NCBI RefSeq assembly: GCF_018977255.1
Contig: NW_024704743.1
Coordinates: 103,480,001 to 103,544,000, forward strand
DNA length: 64,000 nucleotides
Reading direction: 5' to 3'
DNA from: Callorhinchus milii
Lineage: Eukaryota
In this document: positions 13,092 to 25,000 of the stretch, in pieces
How positions within the stretch are numbered: position 1 is the first letter of the stretch
Layout of the letters: each line of letters starts with the position of its first letter
The notes under the pieces: model-generated
Told to the model about the DNA's origin: nothing
Databases searched by the model: none
What the model saw: only the letters and a program-made list of their open reading frames with translations
Position numbers and translations under genes: made by a program

Positions 13092-13989
13092 TGAATTAGT
13101 ACTAGGGAAACTGTTGGGATTGAAAAATAACAAATCCCTTGGATCTGATGGCCTGCATCCTAGGGTTTTGGAAGAGGTGGCTGCTGAGATAGTGGATGCC
13201 TTGTTTTAGATCTTCCAAAATTCCATGGATTCTGGAACGGTTCTCATTGATTGGAAGATTGCAAATGTAGCACCACTATTTAAGAAGGGTGGGACAGAGA
13301 AGATGGGAACTATAGACCAGTCAGTCTGACATCGGTGGTAGGGAAAATTCTAGAATCCTTAATTAGGGACGTCGTAGTGGGTTAGAAGACCATAACATGA
13401 TCAGGCAGAGTCAACATAGCTTTACAAAAGGGAAGTCATGCTTAACAAATCGTTTAGAGTTTTTTGAGGATTTGAGGATGTAACTAGTAGGTTAGATGGG
13501 GGGAACCAGTAGATGTAGTGCATTTAGATTTTTAGAAGGAAACACTTCTTCACTCAGAGAGTAGTGAATTTATGGAATTCTCTATCCCAAAAGGCTGTAG
13601 ATGCTCAGTCCTTGAACATATTCAAGACTGAGATTGATAGATTTCTAAAGGATAGAGGGATTAAGGAATATGGCGATAAGGCGGGTAGATGGAGTTAGGT
13701 TAGAAGATCAGCCATGATCTAATTGAAGGGCGGGGTAGGCTCGAGGGGCCGAATGGCCTACTCCTGCTCTTAATTCCTTTGTTCCTGTGTTCCTATTGAG
13801 AAACAAGAGAAAATAGAAAGAAAAGAAATTAACACAGCATTAGGAACATTTTTTTTGTTTACATTTCTATTACTTTTAGTTCAAAATACCATCTAGTGTT
13901 AATTTTGTTGTTTGGAACTCATTACAGGAATAAAATTGCTTATGACAATTGTGTAGCTATTTTATTGTATTAGGTATCAATGTTATTTT

Positions 13990-14815
13990 AATCATAGATT
14001 CACAGAATCATGAATCATAGAATTATACAGCACAGAAGGAAGTCATTCGGCCCATCATGTCCATGCTGGCTCTTTGAAAAAGCTATCCAAATTAATCTCA
14101 CTCCCCCACTCTCTCCCCATAGCCCTGCAAATTTGTCCTCCCCAAATATCTAACTACTTCTCTCTTGAAAGTTGTTATTGAATCAGCTTCCACCACCCTT
14201 TCAGGCAGTGCATTCCAGATCCAAACAACTCGCTGTGTGAAAAAAATTCTCCTCACCTCCCCTTTGGTTCTGTTGGCAACTATTTTAAATCTGTGTCGTC
14301 TGGTTACCAACCCACCCACTAGTGGAATCAGTTTCTCTCTGTTCATCCTATCGAATCTACTCATAATTTTCAACACCTCTATTTAATCTCCCCCTAACCT
14401 TCTCTGCTCTAAGAAGAATAATCCTAGCTTCTCTAGCCTCTTCTCATAACTGAAGTCTCTCATTCCTGGTAAATCTCCTTTGTACCTTCTCCAAGGCTTG
14501 ACATCCTTCCCAAAGTGTGGTGCCCAGAACTGAACACAGTACTCTAGCTAAGGTCTAACCAATGTTTCATAACGGTTCATCATAATCTCCTTACTTTTGT
14601 ATTCTATGCCCCTATTTATAAAGCTGAATATCCCATATGATTTTTTAACAGCTTTATCGACCTGTCCTGCCACCTTCAAAGATTTGCTTTTATGAACCCC
14701 CAAGTCTCTCTGTTCTTGCACCCACTTTAAGATTGTACCATCTAGCTGATATTGCCTCTCTTCATTCTTCCTCCTAAAATGCATCAATTCGCATTTCTCT
14801 GCATTAAATTTACAC
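13990..14815 (-). mobile_element. CR1 LINE 3' fragment (family B)
   Basis: ORFs 14548-14787 (QRDLGVH...RGIEYKSKE..LVRP) and 14098-14376 (FFTQRVVWIWNALP). Confidence 0.92.
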
Positions 14816-15149
14816 TTTGCATGATCAATTTCTACAATGTTTCTTGCTGCATGTTTTACATTTTATATTCCTATTGGCACAACTGACTGTTCAATGCCTT
14901 CCTGCAGTTAGCCTATAGCCACAATCACACATACAGAAGCAGATCGTTCATTTTTAATTTCCTTTAGCTCAGCTGGTTGAAATGTTCTCTTTGACTACTT
15001 CCAATCTTAACCACATCTTAACAGCAGCTAATAAATTCTATTCTGAAGTGTCATAGATAGTTTTTCACCTCATAGTACATTTTGTGTTGAAGTGTTTCTC
15101 TGGTTGGAAATTTACTGACCTTGGTGGCTTGATCAGCAATACAATAGAA

Positions 15150-15420
15150 TACAAAATTACATTTGTAAAGCTCCTTTTATGTTGGGAGGATGTCCCAAGG
15201 CACTGGACAGTCAGGGATTTGGACCCTAGCAAGGGTTGGGGTGTCGGGTTAAGGGAGAGTGGAGGGCAGGGAGGCTAGGAGGGTGACCAAAGGCACTTCC
15301 ACAGAGAAGGGTCTTGATACATGCCTTGAAGGAGGCTAGGGAGGGTGCAAGGCAAAAGCAATGAGGGATGGAGTTCCAAAGGGTGGGCGCATAGAGGCTG
15401 AAGCCCTGACCACCAATGGG
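15150..15420 (-). mobile_element. L2 3' end
   Basis: Similar to 41,090-41,367; tail ccttgggacatcctcccaac on the minus strand. Confidence 0.75.
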
Positions 15421-15721
15421 AATTTCTCATCAATAGATTAGATTTCTAATGATGGCAAATTAATGAAAAGCATATAATAACAGCATTTGCTTTGAATCCC
15501 TTCTCATGTTGAATTTCTTGGGATCTTGGGATTGTGAACATCAACCTGAACAACAGACAGGATTTTGGTCTAACTTTTTATCTTGAAGGATGGCACCTTC
15601 AACAATCCAGCACTTGCCTAACACTGCATTGGAGTGTCAACTTAGACTGTGCGCTCAAAGTCCCATTGTGATTTGTAAATTTACCAGAATAACAAACAAA
15701 GTAAATAGTTTCACACTGCTA

Positions 15722-15833
15722 TTATCAGGCATGTGGAGCAAGGAAACTTGCCCAAGGTATCGCCCTGCCAGGAATTGAACCCAGGTCTCTCGCTTGCGAG
15801 GGGAGTGCTGTAACCACTGAACTTCAGGACTCA
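15722..15833 (-). mobile_element. Head of young tRNA SINE
   Basis: Reverse complement gagtcctgaagttcagtggttacagcact...ttgggcaagtttcc. Confidence 0.85.
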
Positions 15834-16137
15834 ACACAAAATAGGTAATAAACCTATTTATGCCACAGTATTTGTAAGTACTAAATCTATATCTACATAT
15901 TTTAATAATAGCTTTGGCTTTTTTCCAACAGAGCCAATGCAGCTGATGATTGAATGTATTTTCCATAGTTATGATTCACCAGCTACCCAGACCTGTGTGG
16001 ATGTTCGACCCACAAACATGGCATGTGTTCTGGATGCTGCAGGTGATGTACATCTCTGGTAGTCAGGAATAAGGGTGATACCAATGGTAATGGAATTATA
16101 ATAATCATTGGTTTGATATTGTGCATTTCAAGTAATA

Positions 16138-16759
16138 AGGATAATAATCCTTGCATTTGATAGAGCGCCTTATCACATCTTCGAGACATCTCAAAGCACT
16201 TCACAAAATATACTGTAAAGGGAATTGATTGTGTGTTTTATGGATGAAAGGGAAGATGTCTCAAAGCACTTCAGAGTGTACTGTGTATTTTGTAGGCAAA
16301 CTCAGTAGCAAATTTGAACAAAACAACCTCCCCAAACAGACACAAAGTGAATTTTATTTGGGGATTGTTTGCCAGGAGATGAGGCCATAGGATAGTTCCA
16401 CAAGATCTTTATCATCCATCTGAACAGGCAGACAGGACCTTGGTTTAATGCCTCATCTGAAAGGCAGCACCTCCAACACTCCTTGGTGCGTCAAACAGGA
16501 TCAGTGGTGGCCAATCTTTTTGGTCGCCCAACAATGTGTTTTTGATTGAATATTTCTTAATTTATGCAATAAATCTAGAAATATTCAATCACGAAGAACT
16601 TGGAAACATACAACCAATCGAACTAGACTGAATTAGTGCGAATGTTCAGAGTGGTGGAGGTTAGTGTTAGAGTTTTGCCAGCATTCATCAAGACTATATG
16701 AGTTCAAAGTGGAGTTTGAACCCAATAACCTTCTAACTCCAAGGTGAGAGTGCTACCAT
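16138..16759 (-). mobile_element. Deu-domain SINE split by later insertions; head resumes at ~18,440-18,457
   Basis: Tail and Deu core at 16,138-16,490; head ...gagagtgctacca stops at 16,759 and continues atgagcaaggctgatacc at 18,440. Confidence 0.75.
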
Positions 16760-17502
16760 CTATACTAATAAAGACAAAGTATCTGTGTGCGTGCCTGTGT
16801 TTTGGCCAATAATGCAATAACCAATTGACGTAGAGACATGATTTATGCCTCATCGGAAAAGTCTTCAATGCGGGAGTATCATGGGCATTTTTTTTCAGGG
16901 ATCTCCCACAGGAGTTCTCTCAATAGCATATTTTCTTCTTCTTAAGGGAAGATGCCGAAGAAGCGAAGATCAAGCCGTTCAAGGCCAAATAAAAATGCCA
17001 GACAAAAGAGAAAAGGCTGATTAAATGAAACTAAAGAACAAAGAACACCATGGCTGGACTTCAGTGCTGAAAGGACTGCAAGAGCAAGGCAAAATGAATT
17101 GCCTGCTCAAAGAACTGCATGGCTGGACTTTAACGCAAAAAGGCATTCAAGAACAAAGCCAAATGAATTCAGTTCCACAACTGGGGCATTTGCCGACCTC
17201 CTTCTGGAAATCAGGGATGGCAAAATTCCAGTGGATCAACCTCCTTCTTGAAATTGGGGATGGCAAAATCCCAATGGATCCAATGGATGGCCAAATTCAG
17301 ATCCCCAAAGGTTGTGGAACCATTGTACAAGAGATAAGAGAGCTCAAAACCAAAGTTTTCTGTAGCTCAGCCATAACAACACAAATCATAAATGGCTGTG
17401 TGAATGAGCAATCCTTGCTCCAAAAATATAGTCTGCCAGTGAGATCAATTCCCAGTTATTCAATGACATCCCTGGCCAAGAATCTCATTGACATCACTGG
17501 CC

Positions 17503-17538
<36 letters not shown>

Positions 17539-18310
17539 CACTGGCCTTCAGTCATTCAGTCATTGACATCCCTGGCCAAGAAATTGTGTACAAGTCCATA
17601 GATACTGTTCCTGACATCGAAAATGCTGTCAACTACCCAACTGAGCGTTTAAACTCTTTGGAACCACCCAGTATGCCTCTGCACAAACTCATAGCAAAGG
17701 TTGGATGCATAATCATGCTGCTGAGGAATCTAGATGCACCAAAGCTATACAATGGCACAAGTTTGGTGGTAAAGCAATTGATGCTTCATGTTATAGAAGC
17801 AATTATTCTGTCTGGTCAGTTCAAAGAAGATGTATTTATTCCTCACATCTCACTGCTCCCAAGTTCAAAAGACTTTAATTCCCTGTTCGAATGTGCTTCG
17901 CCATGTCAATCAACAGGGCATGCGGCAGAGCTTAAAGGATGCTGGTCTTTTCTTGAATACAGCCTGCTTTTCGACAATTCTATGTTGGATGCTCACGTGT
18001 GGGTTCAACTCAAAACCTGTACATCATGGCCGAAGGAGGAAAAACTGCAAATGTCATCTACACAGAAGCCTTGCAATAGCTCAAGTACCTGCCGGATCAC
18101 ACCGTAAACCCCTTTGATTAGAATAGCTTTGATAGGAGTCCTCCCACAGGAGTCCTCCCACTGAGACCTCCCTAAAGGAGTCCTCCCACAAGAATCCTCC
18201 CAGCTGAGTATAGATAAAGACGAAATGTATGTCTGTGTATCTATTGGTAGTCAATCTACATTCCATATTGGTTTCTTTGGTTGCCATCGAAGCTGCAACA
18301 AGTACAGCTA
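16760..18310 (+). mobile_element. Helitron, internally deleted Rep/Hel pseudogene (Pif1-like helicase C-terminal part)
   Basis: 5' end TCTATACTAATAAAG after an A; LLEIGDGKIP, WLCE*AILAPK, YPTERLNSLEPP..HKL..KVG..IMLLRNLD.PKL.NGT.L.V, FKRL*FPVRMCFAMSIN; 3' end near gtacagcta. Confidence 0.9.
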
Positions 18311-18433
18311 ATCTGAAATAAAAACAGAAGTCACTGGGAACACTCAGCAACTCGGGTAGCATCTAGAGAGAGAGCTCCCTGTGACTTCTGTTTTCATTTC
18401 AGATTTCCAGCATTTGCAGGATTTTGCCTTTTG
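18310..18433. mobile_element. Short inverted-repeat element (Penelope-like/MITE-like remnant)
   Basis: aatctgaaataaaaacagaagtcac pairs with gtgacttctgttttcatttcagatt (24/25); related to 40,251-40,385; family assignment is from recall. Confidence 0.65.
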
Positions 18434-19648
18434 CTAAGTATGAGCAAGGCTGATACCTAAATTGAATGTAAGTTGGAAGACTGTAATTTATTTTATTATT
18501 CTTTGCCTCTATTGCACCTGGTGGACAAGGTAGTTCAATTAAGTTTCTGGTTTTGCTACAACTTAATGAATCAATTAGACATAAAAGTAGTACAAATACT
18601 TAAGTACAAATGCAAATGGACAAAATTGCAACTTCCTTTGCAAATCAATACTATTCTTGTGTGAAAGACAAAGTATATACTCACATGGATAAACAGTGAT
18701 TTTTCATTGACTACCGAAGAGAAATGGAGCTTTGCAGAATTAGTGTTCAGTGAAGGAAATGTTTTTAATCTTTAAAGGATTCAGTACTCTCAGATGTTTT
18801 GACCCTTTTGACCATTTGTGAGACTGTTAAAACCTTGCTGAAAGTTTGCAATATTAGCAATGCCTCAGCCCGTAAAAGGGAGAGGCCAAAAAGGATATCA
18901 GACTTAATGGACTTGGATAATGAATTGGAATGCCCACACATATAGTATGTGGATAGGACATTACTTTGTGATCTTAATCTTGATAAGCTCAGACTCAATA
19001 AGTTATTGACCGCTGATGTTGAATTTCCCTACATTGCACTAACCATAGGTATGATGGGGCAGCAAATCGAGAGACAAGTGGTTAACTGTTAGCTCATTTG
19101 CCTCATTATCTTCCATTATTCAAGAGGATACATTTTGGTCCTCTCACCCAGCAGCGTTTCAGTTTAGTGAAATCTACTAGAATTTGTAAAGTAAAACTTA
19201 ACACTTGCATTTTGGATTTTGATATATGTTCTTAAGACAGTATTTAAATTGGGATATTTACATTTAGACCAGATAATAGAGACTGTTTTTAATTGTTGAG
19301 TTGTATTTTGATTTGCCTTTTTAGCCACCTTCTTCTCACTTCTCCCCACCCCAATTTTTGTTGTATATGCACAAATCAAATAGCACCCATTAAAAACAGT
19401 CCTTCGGGACAGATTCAGCCCAAAGTGCTGGAGGAATATGCACAGTTTGCCAAAGAAAATAAATTGAACGCTTTAATCTGCTGGGTAAAGAGAACCAACA
19501 CATTTTTGGAATATCACCATGTTGAAAAAGGCTCATGAAAAATAAACTTGTAATGTGCCTGCTTATATCATTTATTAATGTCTTGCTAATCAAAGGGAGA
19601 GCATAATATGGCTAGAATCATTCACTATGAATAAGATACATACATGTG

Positions 19649-20087
19649 GGTGTCAGCCTGGTTCCGTTGGTAGCACTCTCACCTCTGAGTCAGAAGGCTA
19701 CGAGTTCAAGCTCAGCATCAGGGATCTGAGATCAGTCTAGGCTGATAAACCAATACAGCATTGAGGGTGCACTACATTGTTGGAGATGCTGTCTTTCAGA
19801 TGAGACATTAATCCAAGGCCCTGGCTACCTGCTTAGGTGGATGTTAAAGATCCGCTGGCACTATCTGAAAGAAGAAGGGAGTTTCTCCTAGTGTCCTGGC
19901 TAACAATCCCCAGGTAAATTTTTTTGTTTACTTTATAAATGTTTGTGGGACACTGCAGTGTGCAAATTGGCTGCCAAGTACTCCTACACATTCTCTACAC
20001 TTTATAGTAAAATCTTGTGAGGTGCTTGGAGACATCTCAATGAAATGATAAGGTGCTGTACTCAATGTAAGGATTAATTTTATTATT
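19649..20087 (+). mobile_element. Deu-domain SINE (SacSINE1-like), best-preserved copy
   Basis: tRNA-like head; Deu core cattgttggagatgctgtctttcagatgagacattaatccaagg..aggtggatgttaaagatcc..ggcactat; L2-like tail. Confidence 0.85.
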
Positions 20088-21179
20088 CCAGTTTCTGGAA
20101 TCTTCCATCACATGTGGTGTGCTTTTGTTTTACCTTGCAGGTATTACTGTTATTAATCTCTTTTGCTAGGATGGGGTGGGTTAAGATAGTTGGAAAGGAT
20201 ATTGTTGTTTCTCTCTATAAAATTGTATACATTATTTTCCACTGTGTCCATTCAGAACAATATAGTTATATCATGTGATGTGAAAAGGTTTCATTGCATG
20301 TGATCTGCTGGACCAAGCAGTTGTGCTTGAGCAAAACCATTATTATAGCTTCACAATGGTTCACAATGCATGAGGATGGTTATTTATATTGGAATTTCTG
20401 TCAAGCATTAAAAAAAAGTGTCAGGACACATATTGACAGTCTCTCAATAGAAATAGAACCTGCTTCAAATGAGACTGACTTCTCGTTTATACTGTTGCAA
20501 GTGATTTGAAATAATTTCCAACAATAAATCATTTCGGAGCAGGACAAAAAAAAACAGTTTATGTGTTGCATTGGACTGTTGGAAATTTTAACGAGTCATT
20601 TTTGAAGTGCTGTAATGGAGGCTGAGGAAGGCTCTTCTTAATGGCACTATCATGCAATACAATTTGCTCTTGAATAACATGAAATAGCTCAGAAACAGTA
20701 ATATAGTGGTAATCAAATAAATTTTAAGAGTAATTTTTTTAGTGAACATTGAAGAATGCCATTTGCAGATACAAGTAGCAATGCTCCAAATTGCATTCTT
20801 TGCAAACCATTTCCTCAAAGTGCTTTGTAGGTGGGTTCCATCACAATTCGCTTTGCCCTAAAGGTGCTCACCTCTAATTAAGACTATGTTTTGGCTTTGA
20901 TTCAATGGGAAGCATAGTATAAATAGGAAATTATGCTGCTGGAGTACAAAACTGACAAATCTCAAACCTAGAGATTAGAAATTATTTTCCCCACAGAGCA
21001 GTAGATATATGGAGCAAACTTTCAACACTAATTAATGTTATTTCACTAATTCCTTTATAAAAATTGAACACTTATCTGGGTAGGTATGGGAATGAAGCAT
21101 ATTGAGTTTAGCACAGACACTCAAATTACAGCAAGCTTCAGTCGTGTTCTGATTGTCAACTGTAAAGTGAAGCAAGCCA

Positions 21180-21735
21180 AGGAGTTGAACAATTACAGAT
21201 TGATATATTGCTGTTTTACTCTACGACTTTCAGAGTCAAGTAGACATTTCAGTTTTCTCTGCAATACAAGCCTCACTTCAGTTTTTTTTCCTCTCCATGA
21301 GAATAAATATGGAGGAAAAGTCACTGGGAGCATAAAACTGAAAAGACTTGTTGAAACAAATTGGCCCAATAGGTCAACCAGTCTTTTTCATTCCATTCTT
21401 TCTTATGTTCTTAAATATTGGTTGTAGTTAAACCGATTTTTATTGTCTAGATAGCAAAAGGAAAAGTGGTTAGTTTCGAGTTTTGACAATTGACAATTGA
21501 GAAAAAAATATTTTCCCCAATCTATGCCATAGCACAACATCACACAAAGCTTTGTTGGGGAATCAATTACTCTGGCAGCAAATAGTAAGATACACAATCA
21601 TAATTCTTCCAAATAACGGTCTCAATCAACAGCATTGAGCTTAGTGACCCATACAATGTATCTATCAGCACAGTGCCCAAGAGTGCAAAATTGTTCTGAG
21701 TATATATACATGGGATTTTACAACTGCAGCACTGA
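21180..21735 (+). repeat. Copy 1 of a diverged ~550 bp direct duplication
   Basis: Collinear blocks shared with 45,790-46,292. Confidence 0.85.
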
Positions 21736-21769
21736 AAATAATCAATACGACACAATTTTTTTCAAATAT

Positions 21770-22050
21770 CCTCTTCTCCGATCTACCAGCTCCACCATGC
21801 ACAAGGTCCAGCTAATCCCAAACTCTGCCGCAAACATGCTCACCCGTACTAAACTCCATACCTCCATTAAACTAGTTCTTGCTAGGCTCCTCTGGCTCCC
21901 TATTGCCGAATGGATCGATTTCAAGCTCCTCACACTCTTTTACAATCCTTTATGCCCTGGCACCTCCCTACCTCTCCGACCTGCTTACCCCACAACCCAC
22001 GACCTGCTGCCTCCGTTTGATTGGCTCCAGCCTTCTACATGTCTCTCGAG
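21770..22050 (+). mobile_element. Old L2 ORF2 fragment
   Basis: KVQLIPNSAA..LARLLWLPIAEWIDFKLL. Confidence 0.8.
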
Positions 22051-25000
22051 CAGGGAGAGAAAAGACAATAGAAAGCATGGTCAAAGAATTATGTTTTGAG
22101 ACGTGTGCTATTATTATTATTATTATTATTGTTGTTGTGTTGAAGTATTTATTCAGGTCACAGAGAGCCTGGATTTCATACGTCTTCACTTGTTGTTGTT
22201 CTGAACCTAAAACTAATGTCAAAAGTAAAAGTTCCAGCAGCTATGAATTAAAATATTATCTCGCTCAGCACAGCAAAACAATGATGGCGCATTTCAATTG
22301 TGAAAGGCCTGGAGGCAGAAATTGTTCCAAAGCCAGGGTTGCTTTTAGAACAGAAATACTGCAATTTTGAGCTCCTTAATCTCGTGTAGCAGTTACACTA
22401 TCATTTAATTCATGACTGTTCATACACAGAAAATGTTATTGCCATGAAAGCTAGCGGGCAAGGCACCATACATTGATGCACTGATTTGAAACATATATAA
22501 ATAAATGCTCAACATTAAAACAACTGGAATGGAAAACACATGGGTTCTATAACTTCTAAGAAACAGAACTCTATTGTAATAGGACATTGATTTGCATCTG
22601 TTGAGATGGCAAGCTTTCAATCTCAATGTGGCCATTGGGTATACTGCTGAGTGAAGATTAAACAGTTTCCCCAGGAAATTATGGAAAAATCAGAAGGCAA
22701 GTCACTGATTTTTTAAACTTCCCTGCAGTTTATTTAGAGTGGTTCATTGGCAGAGGGCTGGTGAACAGATCTTCTGGGAAATGGTATATGGCAGGACCTC
22801 TAAGAAGGGAGAAGATAAATAGCAGATAGTATCATGCTACAGGGGCAAATATACAGCACAACATCACTTCTGGTAATTATCACAAGGATAGAACATGGGG
22901 TAGTTTTCTTTTATGTCCTTAACAGCAGGTTACAGGCTGAACAACCCCACTCCCCCTACCCTCCCGATCCTTCAGTGATTTTGGAACTTTAAATCCTGTG
23001 AAGTATGAAGTATTTTGAAATGATCACGTGATAAGGTGCTACACAAAATGCAAATATTATAATATTTTTTAAACCTTATTCTACCCTCTAATACACAATG
23101 GCCATAGATATATGTCCCTATTGGCATCCCCCTAATCCAGCCTGAATCTATCTCATGTTTACTTTCAAACCTTCTAAGCACAGAGAAGCATTTACAGATC
23201 ACTTGAAAATTACACAGAACTGTGTATTGAAGACAACTTATACCTGTTAAAGAGTACGAATACAATTGGTGTGCAATGGATTTTAATGCACTGCACACGT
23301 CTTTAATACATTCAGTGCCTTGGGATGTCCTCCCGACGTGAAAGGTGCTAAACAAACGTAATTTTGAATTGTAATTTTGTATTGAAATACTGTACATCTT
23401 GCATAAAAATTTAAATCAATTATTATAAATGCGTGAGGAACTTGGTCATTTTCTATGTATCTTATGGGACAGCATCAAACTATTCACAATCAAATTCATT
23501 CAAATGGGTTGTCCATCTCAAAAAGGAGACTTCCACAGCTTGCAACTCTAAAATGAGCTGCAGGAAACATTTTGATCTTGCTACTTCTTGTGAAATGAGC
23601 AGTTGTTGTATAAACAGAAAGCAGAGATCCCTCCATCATCCATCAACCGGGTCTGGGATATAAGGGCTGCTGTGAATTAGAGTGTCTGTACTGCGCGACT
23701 GAATGATAGAGTGAATAAATCTCAAATTGCCTGGAGGGCCCTCAATAATGTTATTAGGAGCTATAATCATGAGGCTACATGAAATAATTTTTCATCTTAC
23801 AATGCTAATTAATTTTAGTGTAAAGAGCTATAGGTTTATGCTTCAGTTTATTTATCAGAGCGTTGTATTAATATTGTCCCTCTAATTGTATTTGTAATTA
23901 CTTATTTCTTTTAGTGTATTCGTTCATGTGTTACAGCTCAATTGCTGCTTTGTAAGGCAGAATTAGGAAGCATAGATTGTTCAGATTAGCTCTGCTGCCC
24001 TCATACTTTAAGATTTACTTTTAATGAACACTTAGGTATGCGAAGATTCCGAATAATAGTTTGCAATTTATAGTGACTAATTTCTCAAAGGATAAAGATA
24101 GGCACTTCAGCTTACCACAAATTCACACAGGCTTGTAGTGGGATAGTGTTTAAGGTTGCTGTGAATTATAAAACTGCCTGGAGGAATCTTGCAAAAATCT
24201 CAGAGAGATCATGCTGCACTCCTTGTGAGAATGATCTTACCATGCTGAACTTGTCTTTTTTGTGCCATTGTTTTATTAATTTTATTTACATGTTTATGCA
24301 GTTTTTTCCTTTGTTGTTTTCAGCATTGATTTCCATTCGTGTCCAAATTTAAATTCCCCACAATAGCAAGAGGTTTGTTCCTTTAATATTCCTACATTAT
24401 TTACGTCTGCCCTGGTGAAGTGTGTCCCCCTTAATATTTGTCAACATTGCTCTTGCTCTTGTTAATGAATCCTATAAGATCTCACTTTTACAATGTGTGT
24501 CTTGCACCCATGAAACCGCAACTGTTGCCAAGTAATACCAGAAATATTAAAAAAGAGTATTTTTCTTCAACTTGTGCCATAATGTGCAATATAATATTAT
24601 ACTGGATGATTGCAATGGAGCAAAGTATGTTCCTTTTTGAAAATGAGCATTTTGGATTGGTTTATTTTTTGGCTGGAGTTATTGACATGGAATTCTATGC
24701 AGCTGGTTTGCATCCCTCTAGATTTGCTGAAGCGGCAGACTTAATGAGTCTATTGCATCTATCATTGTTTCACAGCAGACTACCCAATGCACCCCACCGA
24801 AGGAGGTAGGGGGGGAGAATACAGATTGATTCACTTTGTGATAGCACAAGTTTAATGTGTAAAAAAAAGGCATTCCTTAAATCCATCTGATTATTGGCAA
24901 TAAATTAATGATATGAATGGTTCTATATCTAATCAAAGTGGGAAGCTGAAGGAGATCCAGTTGACTTATCGCTCACCATGATAAAAACATAATAGTAATA

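Larger units (their letters stand above)
10400..13797 (+). mobile_element. CR1 LINE (family A): APE endonuclease and RT N-terminus, RT core deleted, two nested insertions
   Basis: APE motifs LYLNARSIRNK, VGVVYRPP, GDFN, ILDLVL; tether PWLT and KSFYKYI; sequence jumps from the LDF motif (~13,530) to HFFTQRVVNLWNSL; 3' UTR matches 55,500-55,748; stops and frameshifts. Confidence 0.95.

Noticed and set aside
17586..18107. Host PIF1 helicase gene
   Set aside because: Intronless, with stops and frameshifts, and bounded by Helitron-like termini
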